Source of the DNA: Squalus acanthias
Taxonomy: Eukaryota
Length of the DNA stretch: 64,000 nucleotides
Direction of reading: 5' to 3'
Assembly (NCBI GenBank): GCA_030390025.1
Contig: CM059432.1
Span: 122,762,001-122,826,000 of the forward strand
How positions within the stretch are numbered: position 1 is the stretch's first letter; every line of letters starts with the position of its first letter. Below are positions 50,461-63,870 of this stretch, piece after piece. Made by a program: the position numbers and the translations under genes. The notes under the pieces were generated by a model, which saw nothing but the letters and a program-made list of their open reading frames with translations, was not told where the DNA came from and did not search any database.

Positions 50461-53030
50461 GAGATCACGGGGTGGGGCAAGTCGAAGATCGAGGGGGGAT
50501 GGGGGGGAGTCAGGGGTGGGGGGGAGTCGGAGATCGGGGGGGTGGGGGGCAGTCGGAGATCCTGGGGGGTGGGGGGAGTCGGAGATCGTGCGGGGGTGGG
50601 GGGCAGTTGGTGATCGTGCGGGGGGTGGGGGGGAGTTCGGAGATTCGGGGAGGGGAGTTGGAGATCGTCAGGGGTGGGTAGAGTCGGAGATCTGCGGAAG
50701 TGGGGGTAGTCGGAGATCGTGCGGGGTGGGGGGGGGAGTTGGTGATCGTGCGGGGGTGGGGGGAGTTGGAGATTGCGGGGAGGGGGAGTTGGAGATCGTA
50801 CAGGGGTGGGTAGAGTTGGAGATTGCGGAAGTGGAGGTAGTTGGAGATTGTGGGGTGGGGGGCGTTGGAGATTGTGCGGGGGGTGGGGAGGAGTTGGAGA
50901 TCGTGCGAGGATGTGGGGGGAGTCGGAGATGGGGTGGGGGGGAGTGCGGATCGGGGGGGTAGGGGGCAGTCAGAGATCCTGGGGATGGGAGAGATCGGGG
51001 GAGTCGGAGCTTGTGGGGGTGGGGGCAGTCGGAGATCCTGTGGGGGAGGGGGGAGTCGGAGATCGTGCGGGGGGGGGGGGGAGTTGGAGATCGTGCGAGG
51101 GGTGGGGGGAGTTCGAGATCGTGTAGGGAGGGGAAGAAGTTGGAAGATGTACAGGGTGGGGGAGAGTTGGAGATTGTCCAGGGAGTGGAGGAGGTGGAGA
51201 TTGTGGGGGTAGGGGGGAGTTGGAGATTGTGGGGGGGTGGGGGGGGAGTTGGAGATCGTGGGGGGGTGGGGGGGGGAGTTGGAGATCGTGCGAGGGTGGG
51301 GGGCAGTTGGAGATTGTGGGGAGGGGGAGTTGGAGATCGTACAGGGGTGGGGGGGAGTTGGAGATTGTGGGGGGGTGGGGGGAGTTGGAGATCGTGCGGG
51401 GGTGGGGGGGAGTTGGAGATCGTGCGGGGGTGGGGGGGAGTTGGAGATCGTGCGAGGGTGGGGGGGAGTTGGAGATTGCGGGGGTGGGGGAGTTGGAGAT
51501 CGTGCGGGGGTGGGGGGGAGTTGGAGATTGCGGGGGTGGGGGGAGTTGGAGATCGTGCGGGGGTGGGGGGGAGTTGGAGATTGCGGGGGTGGGGGGAGTT
51601 GGAGATCATGCGGGGGTGGGGGGAGTTGGAGATTGTGGGGGTGGGGGGAGTTGGAGATTGCGGGGGTGGGGGGATTCGGAGATTGTGGGGAGGGGGAGTT
51701 GGAGATTGTGGGGGTGGGGGGAGTTGGAGATTGCGGAGGTGGGGGGAGTTGGAGATCGTGCGAGGGTGGGGGGGAGTTGGAGATTGTGGGGGTGGGGGGA
51801 GTTGGAGATTGCGGGGGTGGGAGGAGTCGGAGATTGCGGGGGTGGGGGGATTCGGAGATTGTGGGGAGGGGGAGTTGGAGATTGCGGGGGTGGGGAAGTT
51901 GGAGATTGTGGGGGTGGGGGAGTTGGTGTTTGTGGGGGTGGGGGGAGTTGGAGATTGTGGGGGTGGGGGGAGTTGGTGTTTGCGGGGGTGGGGGAGTTGG
52001 AGATCGTGCGAGGGTAGGGGGAGTTGGAGATTGCGAGGGTGGGGGAGTTGGAAATCGTGCGAGGGTGGGGGGAGTTGGAGATTGTGGGCGAGGGTGAGTT
52101 GGAGATCGTGCGGGGGTGGGGGAGTCGGAGATTGTGGGGGTGGGGGAGTTGGAGATTGCGTGGGTGGGGGGAGTTGGAGTTTGCGGGGGTGGGGGGAGTT
52201 GGAGATTGCGGGCGAGGGTGAGTTGGAGATCGTGCGGGGGTGGGGGAGTCGGAGATTGTGGGGGTGGGGGAGTTGGAGGTTGCGTGGGTGGGGGGAGTTG
52301 GAGTTTGCGGGGGTGGGGGGAGTTGGAGATTGCGGGGGTGGGGGGAGTTGGAGATTGTGGGGGTGGGGGGAGTTGGAGATTGTGGGGGTGGGGGGAGTTG
52401 GAGATTGTGAGGGTGGGGGGAGTTGGAGATTGTGGGGGTGGGGGGAGTTGGAGATTGTGGGGGTGGGGGGAGTTGGAGATTGTGGGGGAGGGGGAGTTGG
52501 AGTTTGCGGGGGTGGGGGGAGTTGGAGATTGCGGGGGTGGGGGGAGTTGGAGATTGCGGGGGTGGGGGGAGTTGGAGATTGTGGGGGTGGGGGGAGTTGG
52601 AGATTGTGGGGGTGGGGGGAGTTGGAGATTGTGAGGGTGGGGGGGAGTTGGAGATTGCGTGGGTGGGGGGAGTTGGAGATTGTGGGGGTGGGGAAGTTGG
52701 AGATTGCGGGGGTGGGGGAGTTGGAGATTGTGGGGGTGGGGGAGTTGGAGATTGTGGGGGTGGGGGGAGTTGGAGATTGTGAGGGTGGGGGGAGTTGGAG
52801 ATTGTGAGGGTGGGGGGAGTTGGAGATTGTGGGGGTGGGGGGAGTTGGAGATATCGGGGTGGGGGGAGTTGGAGATTGCGGGGGGAGGGGGAGTTGGAGA
52901 TTGCGGGGGGGGGGGGACTTGGGGATTGCGTGTGGTGGGGGGAGTTGGAGATCGTGCGGGTGTGGGGGAGTCGGAGATTGCTGGGGGTGGGGGGAGTTGG
53001 AGATCGTGCGGGGGTGAGGGAGTCGGAGAT
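50460..53030 (+). repeat. G-rich minisatellite, ~22-25 bp unit (GGGGGAGTTGGAGATTGYGGGGGT)n, ~2.6 kb
   Basis: Read directly; diverged units in the 5' part, more homogeneous units after ~51200. Confidence 0.97.
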
Positions 53031-53309
53031 CAACCCAATGTGCCTCATGAGGACATCTGAATAGGTTATAACTGTCATTAATCAAATTTAAATGTGTAGC
53101 ATTCAGTCAATGAAAGCACGGTATTTTCAAACATTTTCTTCAGGTTTGTCTCCCCTGTTGTACCACTAATCACAATTTATTTTTTGCTTGTATAATAGAT
53201 AGTTATCTATGTTATATTTGAAAATAGTGGCACTGTAAGGTCTATTTCTCCCTGAATATCGTTTATCTGAGATATAATGGATGAAATGCTTCTTCAAAAT
53301 GAATAATAC

Positions 53310-53550
53310 ATCAAATTTGCAGCACAGAAACAGGCCATTCAGCCCAACAGGTCCATGCCGGTGTTTATGCTCCACACGAGCCTCCTCCCACCCTCTTCAT
53401 CTAACCCCATCAGCATATCCTTCTATTCCTTTCTCCCTCATGTGCTTATCTAGATTCCCCTTAAATGCATCTATGCCATTTGCCTGAACCACTCCACATT
53501 CTCACCACCCTCGGAGTAAAGAAGTTCCTCCTGAATTTCATTTATTAGTT
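53310..53550 (-). mobile_element. CR1 3' end fragment
   Basis: CAGCACAGAAACAGGCCATTCAGCCC-type tail and ATTCTCACCACCCTC..GTAAAGAAGTT (FFTxRVV motif on -). Confidence 0.7.
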
Positions 53551-54297
53551 ATAGTCGGAGAATTACAATAGTTCTGTCAATCATAGCACTTTCGTAAGTT
53601 TATGATTTTCCTTCGAGAGAAGGAGAACCTATGTTACAGAGAAGCTTCTGCTAAACATGTCTGAAATACATACATGCTTAGTGTGACACAAAGTCATTAT
53701 TGGTATCATTTTAATCCGTTCCACCTGCTAATTGTTCGTGTATTTGATCGTTGACCACTTGGAATATGATATTCAGTGCTTGTCATTAACTCATAGCACA
53801 AATTGTCCGTGAGCCATACTCGATGGCAAAAGAAATTTCAAAAACAAATCAGCTCTGTTCCAACAAAAGACAGACAGGAGGTTCTGCAGGTTCGTTAAAA
53901 CATTTGCCGTGCTCCGTACTATTATTGTATTGTAGTTTTAAAATTGAAATAGTTGATTCAGACTCAAATTATGGACTCATTGGTCCACCTACTGGTTTCA
54001 TTGTGTAATGGAACTAGTTTCGGTTTGGAATTCCTGGACACAGCACTTTTACTTTGATGTTTTATGCATTACTTTGAGTGCAAAACACTTGAATCTTTCT
54101 CTCTGTTAATCGCAGATTCAAGATAACTATTCTGGAGTGATGCTCGAATGTCTATTTTTATCTACCAGAATGGCATGCACTTAACAGAAGCAACAACAGA
54201 GATATCAATGGCCAACAGCACTTAATGCTATTTGAAACAGGCTAAATGTGCCGTAGGCGTGGATCTCGTCAGGATGTAATCGGACAGAAACTTTTCA

Positions 54298-54575
54298 GTT
54301 TTTTTTATTCATTCACGGGATGTGGGCGTCGCTGGCGGTGGTGGTGAGCCGCCTTCTTAAACCGCTGCAGTCCTTGTGGTGAAGGTACTCCCACAGTGCT
54401 GTTAGCTGGAGAGATCCAGGATTTTGACCCAGCGACGATGAAGGAATGGTGATATACTTCCAAGTCAGGATGGTGTGTGACTTGGAGGAGAACTTGGACG
54501 TGATGGTGTTCCCATGCGCCTGCTGCCCTTGCCCTTCTAGGTGGCAGAGGTCGCGGGGTTGGGAGATGCTGTCTA
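54298..54575 (-). mobile_element. 3' fragment of the CR1-group LINE
   Basis: Reverse complement of 49010-49320 with an internal deletion. Confidence 0.8.
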
Positions 54576-54835
54576 AGACTAAATTCGAGGAATGAACTTT
54601 TTTATTTTCAGCACAAAATGTCGGGGCAAAAATAAAATGTAGTTCTGTAAAACTGCCATTTTTGAAGACTCAGTTCCCAATAAGTCAGGTACATGTTCAT
54701 TGTCCATTTAAACATGTATGTATTTGACAGCAATACTCAATGAAGAGTGTGGTGCTTTTGAACGTTTCTTACGTGTGTCATTTATTTTCAACCATATCGC
54801 ATTGCCTTCCTGCTGGCATGACAGTATAGAGACAT

Positions 54836-55679
54836 GGGCTGGATTTTGATACTGGGGTCGGGTTGGTGTCGTGAATCCCACATTTTGGGTTGTAAACCCG
54901 CCTCCATCGAGATGTGGCCAACCCACTGTATTTTCCCTTGATTGACCTTGTTGAGCCCGCCCAGGGGGCTCAGCAGGCCAATTAAGGACCACCCGGCAAC
55001 AGGTGACGTCACAGATTGACATTTCATCTGTCAAGAGCTTTTGACAGATGAAATATCAGCGTTTGACAGCTCTGTGAAGCTGTCAAACACTGACAATATG
55101 ATTTCTAACTTGAGTCCTTCCTCTCAGGCTGAGTTAGAAATCATTCCACCACTGAAAACAGAAGGCTGCAGTTTTTGACAGAACCACGGCTTTTCTGCTT
55201 TCTGTGCCGGTGAGATTTCTAACTCCCGAGAACTGAAGGGCTGACACCTGCAGGAGGAAGTTAAGGTAAGTAAAACTTTTTCCCACACTTAGCACTTACC
55301 TTACACACTTACCTCTGCACACATGCACCCATCACTCACCTGCCCACCGGACATATCGACCCCTCCAACCCCTGCAGACCCACGGCCCGACCCGATAACT
55401 TGGCGTGGTTGCCACCTGTCGGGAAGCCCACATTTCACCTTTCAAAAAAGGGATTAGGCAAAAAACTGCCTGTTAATTACCTGTTAACAGGCAGTTAATT
55501 GTCACTAATCCCTTCCCGCCTCGGGGAGTCGGGTCCCAGCACAGGTCGGGAACCCGCCGCCAGCGAAACTGGCATGGAGGCGTGTTGGAGTCAGGATGGG
55601 GTCAGGACCCCCGAATCTGCAACTTTAACCCCCCGCACGCCTCCAAACCCGACTCCACGGGTCAATGAAAATCCAGCCC
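54836..55679. mobile_element. Non-autonomous Harbinger element
   Basis: Perfect 12-bp TIR GGGCTGGATTTT / AAAATCCAGCCC; flanks CAT / ATT. Confidence 0.82.
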
Positions 55680-55949
55680 ATTGTGCTTGGCCGCTACTTA
55701 TGCTGTTATATGGCTACCCACTTGCAGATGTGCAAGGACAGACTGGGGTAACTGAGCCACCTATCCCAACCACCGCCCCCCCCTGCCTCCCACCGTCCCC
55801 CTGTGTGCAGAGAGGAACCTGGCCTCCATTCAGTAACTTCCCACATTGGCACTGTTGAGATCAGGAACTCAGTGTAGGGAATCATAGTGGAATATCCCAT
55901 CCTACCATCAATGATGCAATGACTTGGAGCTCCAACTCACTGAGACGAA

Positions 55950-56674
55950 GGCCCCGATATTTACCGAGCCGCGTTGGGAGCAGGGGGGAGGAGATATTGA
56001 CAGGAATCCCGGAAGTACAGGTTTTCCTCAAAGCAGGGCATCTTTTAAAAATTTTCTCCAGATTTCCCGCCCGAAAGCCAGCCTGCAGCAGAAGGAAGCA
56101 GCGGAGGAGCAGTAGGGGAGGCAGGGAGAGATCGCAGTCAGGGGAAATGATGGTCAGGGGGCAATGTTGCCTTTAATTTTTTTGGGTGCGCGGTCCCTTT
56201 AAGGGGCTGTGCAGCCCATTCAAAATCGGGTGCATACACGGTTTTTCCTATTTAAAAGCCAGTGAGCCGGTGAGCCGGCTACACGGGAGCTGCAGAGCGC
56301 TGTGTGGCCACGCAGCTTAAAGTGAACACTGTTGACAGGTAAGCTTGTTGGGACTGGAGGAAACACTCCTGCTCCTCCTGGCCCACAAGCAGTGCAGTAA
56401 AGGCACTTACCTCATGGATTCAGCCCATCTCGGCTCCTTTCCAATGCCAGGGAAACCCGACCGATATTAGTTGAGAATAAAAAGGTTGTTAAAATGGAAG
56501 CACGCAGCCTCCTTAAAGGGTTTAACCGACCAACCCGCCCGTCCCCTGTCCTGCCTCCGTTAAAACCAGAAGTGGGCGGGTTCGAGGCGGATTGGAGTCG
56601 GGTTTGAAATTTTTTTAATTTTAACTTCTCACCCGACTCAAACACACCCCTGTTTGGGGGTAAAAATGACCCCC
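55950..56674. mobile_element. Non-autonomous Harbinger element
   Basis: GGCCCCGATATT / AAAATGACCCCC; right arm homologous to 960-1289 (CCGTTAAAACCAGAAGTGGGCGGGTT). Confidence 0.75.
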
Positions 56675-57529
56675 AATGCCTGGACAACCTTAACTTTAAT
56701 AACCAGCCAGCTCCTGCATATCATTGCTACTGCGGCATCAGCTCATTCCGACACAAAAGAGAGGCACTGAGGCAAGTTATTTGCCTGGTGCCAAAACTTA
56801 CACATATTTCCACAATGCGAATGAAATATAACTTACTATTCTCTGCATTATGAAACAAATTGGATGTGGAAATGTAGCCCATTTTGGTACCCATAGTGTC
56901 ATTCAATTTTGTGCGTTATTATAAATCCCCTTATCGGTAGTGTAGAATTTCTTCAATCCGTAGCGGAGGGAAGTGGATACGCCATTCCCTGCCCCCCCGC
57001 ACCCCCACACATCTGAGATTCCCTTAGCATATGAGGCTATTCCTCAACAACGTTGCAGCGTGATTCCACTCGCACAAACAAGTAAATGTCCCAGAACTGC
57101 AGTCAAATTAGGTCAGGATTAGTCTTCACTTTGCACCACTGAGTAATGGACTTCTTGTACCATTCGGGCAGTTTTTTTCAGAGTGGGGGTTAGTGGTGTC
57201 CCACAGGGTTAGGTTCTGGGGCCACTTCTGTTCACTGCATATATCAATCATTTGCATATAGGCTGAGAGGGGTGGTCTTCAATTTGCCAAAGGTGATGCC
57301 AAAATAGGAGGTACAGTTAATTCTTTGGAAGAACAAGGGAATTTGCAAAGGGATATTGATAAAATGGGAGAATGGACTGAAAAGTGGCAAATGGAATTCA
57401 ATGACGTCACAGCAATAATTATACTTTGGCTCGATGCTGAGGAAGAGCAGAGGGATTTGGGGGCACTGGACATTAAAGGCAGCACCTCAGATTGTTAATG
57501 GAATTCTAGGTTTTATCACAATTGGTATA

Positions 57530-58230
57530 AGGGTATGGCGCAATCGGCAATCCGGGTGCAAATTGCGCTTGAAATTGTGCAGGTTTTCCGAAGTGAAGTT
57601 ATGGTTCACGTTTCTGCTCAAACTCATTTGTAGAATCACAAACGTGAAATCTTCCATGAACCAGTGCAACCAGGGAGCGTTTCGAACGTAATTCTTTATT
57701 TATTTTCCCTTGCATTAAAAAATGTTCCTTGATATAGTTAAGAGTGGTAACCTGGTGCAATTTTATTAATACAGCTAAAAATGGGTTTATCATAAAAAAT
57801 AATCATTTTGATCAGAGCGTCTAGTGCAGCACCTGTGAGTAACCTGATTTTAAATAACTGAAAATAACTTTAAAAAAAACTATACAGAACCATTTAATAG
57901 TTTCATTGGTGTACAGTAATCGGTTTCTTAGTAAATTAAATATTTTGTAATGTTTAAAACCTTTTAAAACTCGACTACTAGTGCCTTTGCGCATAAAAAA
58001 GCTTAATTTTAAGAGTCTCCTCGAAGGGCCGCAAACGGGCGCAATTAGCAAATGCTCACCATGCACATTATTTCGATCCGGGGGGCGTGGCCAGTTTTGT
58101 GAGCGGGGTTGGCTTCCAGCATGGTGTTTTTTAAACCAGCGCAAAAGATCGCAGAAACTCGATTTACGCTTGACATAACTTGCACTTAAAATTGCTTGAT
58201 CTTTTACGCTGGTTTGGCTGATTTCAAGGA
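57530..58230. mobile_element. Non-autonomous DNA element (Harbinger-like), ends eroded
   Basis: 58090-58230 is homologous to 20820-20960, which ends in a Harbinger-like TIR. Confidence 0.5.
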
Positions 58231-58414
58231 GTGCAGGAACAGAGAGACCTGGGGGTGTACATACACACATCTTTGAAGGTGGCAAAATAAGTTGAGAAGG
58301 CAGTTAAAAAGGCATATCGGACCCTTGGCTTTATTATTAGAGGAATAGAGTACAAAAGCAAGCTAGTTATGCTAAACCTTTGTAAAACACTGGTTTGCCC
58401 TCAGCTGCAGTATT

Positions 58415-60141
58415 GGCCAGCATTTTGCCAGTGCTCAGCGGAAGGGATGGGTGGCGGGTCAGCTGTGAAATTTAAAATAATTGACAGTGGGTGAGGAACC
58501 CGCTGTCAAAACGCACACATCTGCATTTCCCGATGTTGGGTCTGCCAGCGCTGAGCAGACCCGACAGGCAGCGGCGGGGGAGGCAATTGAAATCATTAGT
58601 GGCTTGTTTACAGACACTTATCAATGGTTTTTACCCAGCTTTTTGGATTTGACAGGTTGCCCACCGGTTTCCCGCTGTGCCTAGACCTCGTCAGTGAAGC
58701 TGAGGTGGGAGGTCAGTGGCCATTGAATCAGCTGATGAGTTGACAGGTTCAAATGTCAAGTCAAAGCTCCCAGCTGATTGAGAAATGTTCCCTTAACTAC
58801 TAGCTTCTCTAAATGCATTTCCACTGCAGATTCAGAATCCTGCAAGTCTTTACACAAGTCTCCATCCAGTTTGACCTCATTACCTCTCCCACCATTGACA
58901 GATCGCTTCTGTCATCTCTACTTCACCTACCATCTATTTTATCAGCATGAGTGCCCTTTATACTCTCTCACCTTGGTCTTGAGAACCCCACCATGATCAG
59001 CCCCAACACCAGCATTACCAGGCACACCAGCAGCACCAACAACAACACCAACCATCTCCGCAATCAACTGATGCTTCACAGGACAGTGGGCATCAGCACC
59101 CGACCACATTGCTGCTTGGGAGGCCAGGGATGGCCTCACCATGGCCAGATTTACTTCACTTGACGCTGTACACCAACAATATAAAGCATCCCTTCAATGC
59201 CCAAGCCATTTCATTCACACTCATCACCATTGTGGGGGGTACCATTATGTCTCACCATTCACTGCAACTCACTAAGCCACTTCCAAAGGTGCACACAAAT
59301 CTGTCCAAGAACGCAAAGTGTTGAAAATAAAGGTTTCAATGTTTGACAGCACATTAACAGAAACTTTACATGAACATTGGCTAAAACACCCAAGTGCCTA
59401 CCCTTGTGTGTTGTTAGTTGGTATGATTGGACTAGGATGAGGGTGAGTGTGAGGGGTGGCTAGTGAGATGGGGAAGTGATAATGTAGATAGAGAGGGATG
59501 GGTGGAGGTGCAAGGTAGGTTGGTGTAAGTAAGGATGTGCAGGAGTAGGGTAGGGAAGGCAGACTGATGGGGATGTGATGAGTGGCACAGCAGGATGAGT
59601 TTAAGTGTGGCTTTGTACTCACGTTTCCTGATCTACTGAGATCATTGAAAGGTTTGTGCCACTGCAGACAGGTCCTCCTGACCACATCCCTGCTTGTGCC
59701 CTCCTGTGCAATGTGCAACCAGGCTGCGTTGGTGTCCTGAGGAGGTCTCTTCCGCCTATGGAAAGGGAAGAGAACCTCCCTACGTGCTGTGACTCCCTCC
59801 ATAAGCATATGGAGGGAGTCATGGGAGAGCCTGGGTGCAGCTGTGCACCTCTGTGCAGTGCTTGTCAGTGTTTGCAGCACCTCAATGCTGTAGAACACTG
59901 ACAGCACAAATGTCAAACTAAATTTGACCATGGTCCCTTTAAGGAAACCGGCTGATGACGCATCATCAAATGACGTCCTCAGACCCGCTTCCTTCACTTG
60001 GCCGGCAAACGCGCTGGGCGGGCTTAACCAGCCAATCAAGGGAAATTCATTTCAGAGGCCGGGATGGAGCCAGCAGTGGGGCCGAGACCCGCCACCAATG
60101 TCGCCCGCCACGGACCCGCCGAGGTTCGTAAAATCGCGGCC
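58415..60141. mobile_element. Harbinger deletion derivative retaining the Myb exon but lacking the transposase core
   Basis: TIRs GGCCAGCATTTT / AAAATCGCGGCC; ATT TSD inside CR1 (GCAGTATT|...|ATTGTGTTCAATT). Confidence 0.88.
59615..59860 (-). pseudogene. Harbinger Myb/SANT-like protein exon
   Basis: AAPRLSHDSLHMLMEGVTARREVLF...NAAWLHIAQEGTSRDVVRRTCLQWHKPFNDLSRSG; homologous to 25880-26140. Confidence 0.85.
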
Positions 60142-62324
60142 ATTGTGTTCAATTCTGGGCACCACATTTTAGGATGGACGTCAAGGCCTTGGAGAGGGTG
60201 CAGAAGAGATTTACTGGAATGGTACCAGGGATGACTTCAGTTATGAGGAGAGACTGGAGAAGCTGGGGTTGTTCTCCTTGGAGCAGAGAAATTTAAGAGG
60301 AGATTTAACAAAGGTGTTCAAAATCATGAATGGTTTAGATAAAATAAATAAAGAGGAATTGTTTCCAGTGGCAGAAGGATCACAAATTCCAGTGGGCACA
60401 AATTTAAGATGATCGGCAAAAGACCCAGAGGTGACATGAGGAAACATTTTTTATGCAGCGAGTTGTTGTGATCTGGCATGCACTGCCTGAAAGGGTGGTG
60501 GGAGCAGATTCAATAGTAACATTCAAAAGGGAATTGGATAAATACTTGAAGGGAAAGAGCATGGAAGTGGGATTAATTGGCTAGCTCTACCAAAGAGCTG
60601 GCACAGGCACAATGGGCTAAATGGCCTCCTTCTGCACTGTATCATTCGATGATTCTATAATTCTATAACAAGTGACTGTAAACGGCAATACAGCTTAGAT
60701 AGTATTTCACTCATGGCTCAATATTATGGATCAAACAGTAATATATGTTCATAATATCTTCACCTTAGGCAGTCATAGAATTGGCAACTTTTGATTGCGG
60801 AAGGTTTCATTTAGGAATGAGATGTGAGGCACATAACATCAAAGTAGCCTCGTTTAGGAATCAGATTAACACACATCAGAAGTGTACACACATCAGGGGA
60901 CCCAGAACCAGCTTCAGAATTGAGGACAAAAATCAGTACCAATCAAGCCTGTACTATTACTGCGCACTTGAAGATAAATCAGTCTCCCTCCCTGCATAAA
61001 TTGCAATATAACTGCGCCCTTACTCTCTCATGATGGTACAAATGTAATGTAATACTTTCCATGGTAAACTTGACTGAATCTAAAAGTGACCAAATGTACC
61101 AACAAGCTTTGAGGGCAAGAGACTGCTTGGCTAAAACATTTGTAAAATAAGTGATGTGCTGGTACTTTTCCTTCAAAAGATAAGATCTTGAAAATTCTGT
61201 GAGAACCATGAGTCAACAACCTTCAGATATGAAAACAACGACTCTCTCCAATCCTTGGATGTCTGGCCTTGGTTAACTAAGCATCAAAACAGATAGGAGA
61301 GGGAGAGAAAAACAACATTAATCACACAGTTTTGGACACGAATGCTGTGGGTGAGTTGCCAAGTTTTGGGGTATAAGGAATATTGTAAACTGACATTCGT
61401 GGCTGCAGACATGGACGACCTGGTCAGTTGCCAGTTAAAGTCAGTCATACGTCTAGTCATCGCTGAATTGACCTCTCACTGGTGTTAGTACGTATGTGGT
61501 TGCTTATGATCACCTGAGCTTAAAGTAAATGATTTTAGATGCTTGCTTGTAAAGTTTGTATTTGGTACTTGTAACCTCTTGTTGATTTTTGAAGTAAAGA
61601 ATAGTTTACCCTGAAATCTTTGTCTCGAGTTGTCTGTTCCACAGGCCTGAACTCTATGAACTGTCAGACAATCTGAATGTCTTACAGTAACATGTGTCTG
61701 GGATTTTCCACAGGTGCATTCTAGTTTCTGCGCTGCAGTATTTCTATTTTATTTCCTGGTTTGGCAAACATTTCGCTGGTTGACTTGTGTAACCTTCCCA
61801 CCACTTGCAGAATGTAAATGAAGGTTAATTCGAATGTATACCAGTAAGACCCTAGTAACAATGAAAGGGTGCAGGCAGCACTGGGACAGCAAAAGTTCTG
61901 ACAACAGCAGCAGTGCTAATGCTGGCAAGAGGACGTTGAAATGCTCCTTCAAATAGCTTCCGATGCACTTGATTCTGATTTTTTTTTTTAAATAAAATTC
62001 GGCACATCTAATAGAAACCAAAACTGAGGCCGCTTTAAGAAATTTGTTGAAGCGTTGCAAGGTGTGCTCTGAAGGACTAAGAATGGGGGGGTGGCATTTG
62101 CAAATCTTGAAACAACCTGAAGCTGAGTGGCAAAGACAAGTTGATTGCCCTGAAGAGGAAACGGGGCAGAACTGGTAGCAGAGCAAGCATACACAGCCAT
62201 CCACCTCACCCAAGAGCAGGGTCTACCCCTGATAATTTAAGGTCATTTTTGAACTAAAAACATTTGAGTGAAATAGCATATATAACACGCAAAGTTGGAA
62301 TTTAGTGCTTAAAAAATTTGCAAT

Positions 62325-62372
62325 CTCAGATCATTTGAATTCGCGACTTTGAGTTAAGAGGAGTCGACTGTA
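62325..62372. mobile_element. Possible Tc1/mariner-pogo terminal repeat relic
   Basis: ...TTGAGTTAAGAGGAGTCGACTG|TA: a CAGTCGAC-type terminus next to TA; partner end not found. Confidence 0.3.
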
Positions 62373-63379
62373 GTGTCAGTTGTACTATTAAAGCAAATAG
62401 AGGGATTTGCAGAATGTAATGCTTTAGTAGGCTAGCGTGCAGTTCATCCAGCATTTTCATCTGACCCCTCTGCTTACAACTGTTGGCAGCATCAGCAGAT
62501 GAACACTTAACTCCTTTGTTTGCTATTTAAATGGAGATATTAGCCTATATTAAAATAGCAGACAGAGGAATGCCCGACAAAAAGTGTTAAGTACTTGTCA
62601 TCTGACATCGCCAACTATACAGGATTAAAAATATTTAACAAATACTTCCTACCTATTTGATTCTATGTAAGGCTAGATTTTCTACCTAAGGACCATAAAT
62701 GGGTGTAAGATACTGCACGTTTGAAGTTACTGCAAATAACATAAATAACTAACCCGAGAAGGAAACCTTAGCCACAATTCCCTTGTTGTGTCCTGCATCT
62801 CCAAATAAGGTAGCCAATCCTACACCAAAGGCAACTGTCTCTGGGCATGGCCACGCTCACCCATTGACCCTTCTAAAAACTAAAAACCCAGGAGCAATTC
62901 GAGAAGCCTAAGAAGAGAATAATCAGCGTGAAGTGACACAGGTCACCAGTATTTCTGGTGACTTGCTACGTTAAATAAACAATTGCATTTTAAAGTTATC
63001 TGAAAATAAGCTAATGTTTTATTTTTGTCTTTTGTTTATTAAATGGTGTTATATCAGACAAGAATAAAAGGAGCCCCTGTCTTTCAGGTTCCCTTTACTA
63101 TATGATTGGCTGATAGCTCACTGCTTTCTCCCTCCCCTGAATAGTGTCCTCATAAGGTACAGTGTCCACAAAGGGGGCAACCTTACAACATAGACAAAGC
63201 AAGTCATTTTGCCAATATTCTGGAAAAGTTAGATTTTATTGGCAAAGTGCCTCATTTGTTAAAGATCAGATTGTGGGCACAACATTTATATGTGAGCAAC
63301 TATCAGTGGGGTACTGGGAGAGTGGGATGGAGGGTCAAGATTGTTTTTTTTGATGGTTACCAATGTTAAATGGGTGCAG

Positions 63380-63870
63380 GGAATGATCCCTGCGTCGAAA
63401 GAGGTCGGCCCAAGGCACAATTAAAATTGAGCGTCAGGCTTTATCTGAATAATTGGGCCCATGTCGACAGAGCCAATTTGGGCCAGTTGCTTGCCGCCCT
63501 CAGGTAAGTGCTGGGAGGAGGAAAGGGGAACAGGGAGCCTGGGTGGGGGGAGGGGGGATTATCGTGGGCAGTGGCCCTCAGAAGTGCTGTGGAACACTCC
63601 TGCTCCTCCTTGCCCCATATGATGGTGTTTTAAAAAAGAAAACCGTACCTTTTTGGTGGTGGTCACTTGTTAGGCTGCATCTACTCTTGGAAAAGCTCGG
63701 TGGCGCAGGCCAATTTCAGGCAGGCATCCTTAAACAGGAACTTGGCTCCTCATTAAGATATGCAAGGGGCCTAAATACTACTTTAAGGTGACCACTAGGG
63801 ATGCCTCAGAAATCACACGACCAAATCAGGCGTCCTTGGACGTGGGAAATAGCACTGCAAAATTTATCTT
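63380..63870. mobile_element. Degenerate Harbinger-type non-autonomous element
   Basis: Shares GGAACACTCCTGCTCCTCCT and CAGGTAAG with 56330-56400. Confidence 0.5.

Larger units (their letters stand above)
57185..60665 (+). mobile_element. Degenerate CR1 3' region(s) interrupted by two DNA-transposon insertions
   Basis: SGVPQG..LGPLLF, LQRDIDKMGEWTEKWQMEFN (57190-57530); 58235-58414 and 60142-60665 are collinear with a CR1 end; tail GATTCTATAATTCTAT. Confidence 0.75.

Noticed and set aside
50420..53085. 805-aa extensin-like and 598-aa Gly/Trp-rich ORFs
   Set aside because: Artefacts of the G-rich tandem array; frames shift with G-run length.
61749..62213. 154-aa Cys-rich ORF
   Set aside because: No recognisable domain or exon structure, and it runs through a homopolymer tract.
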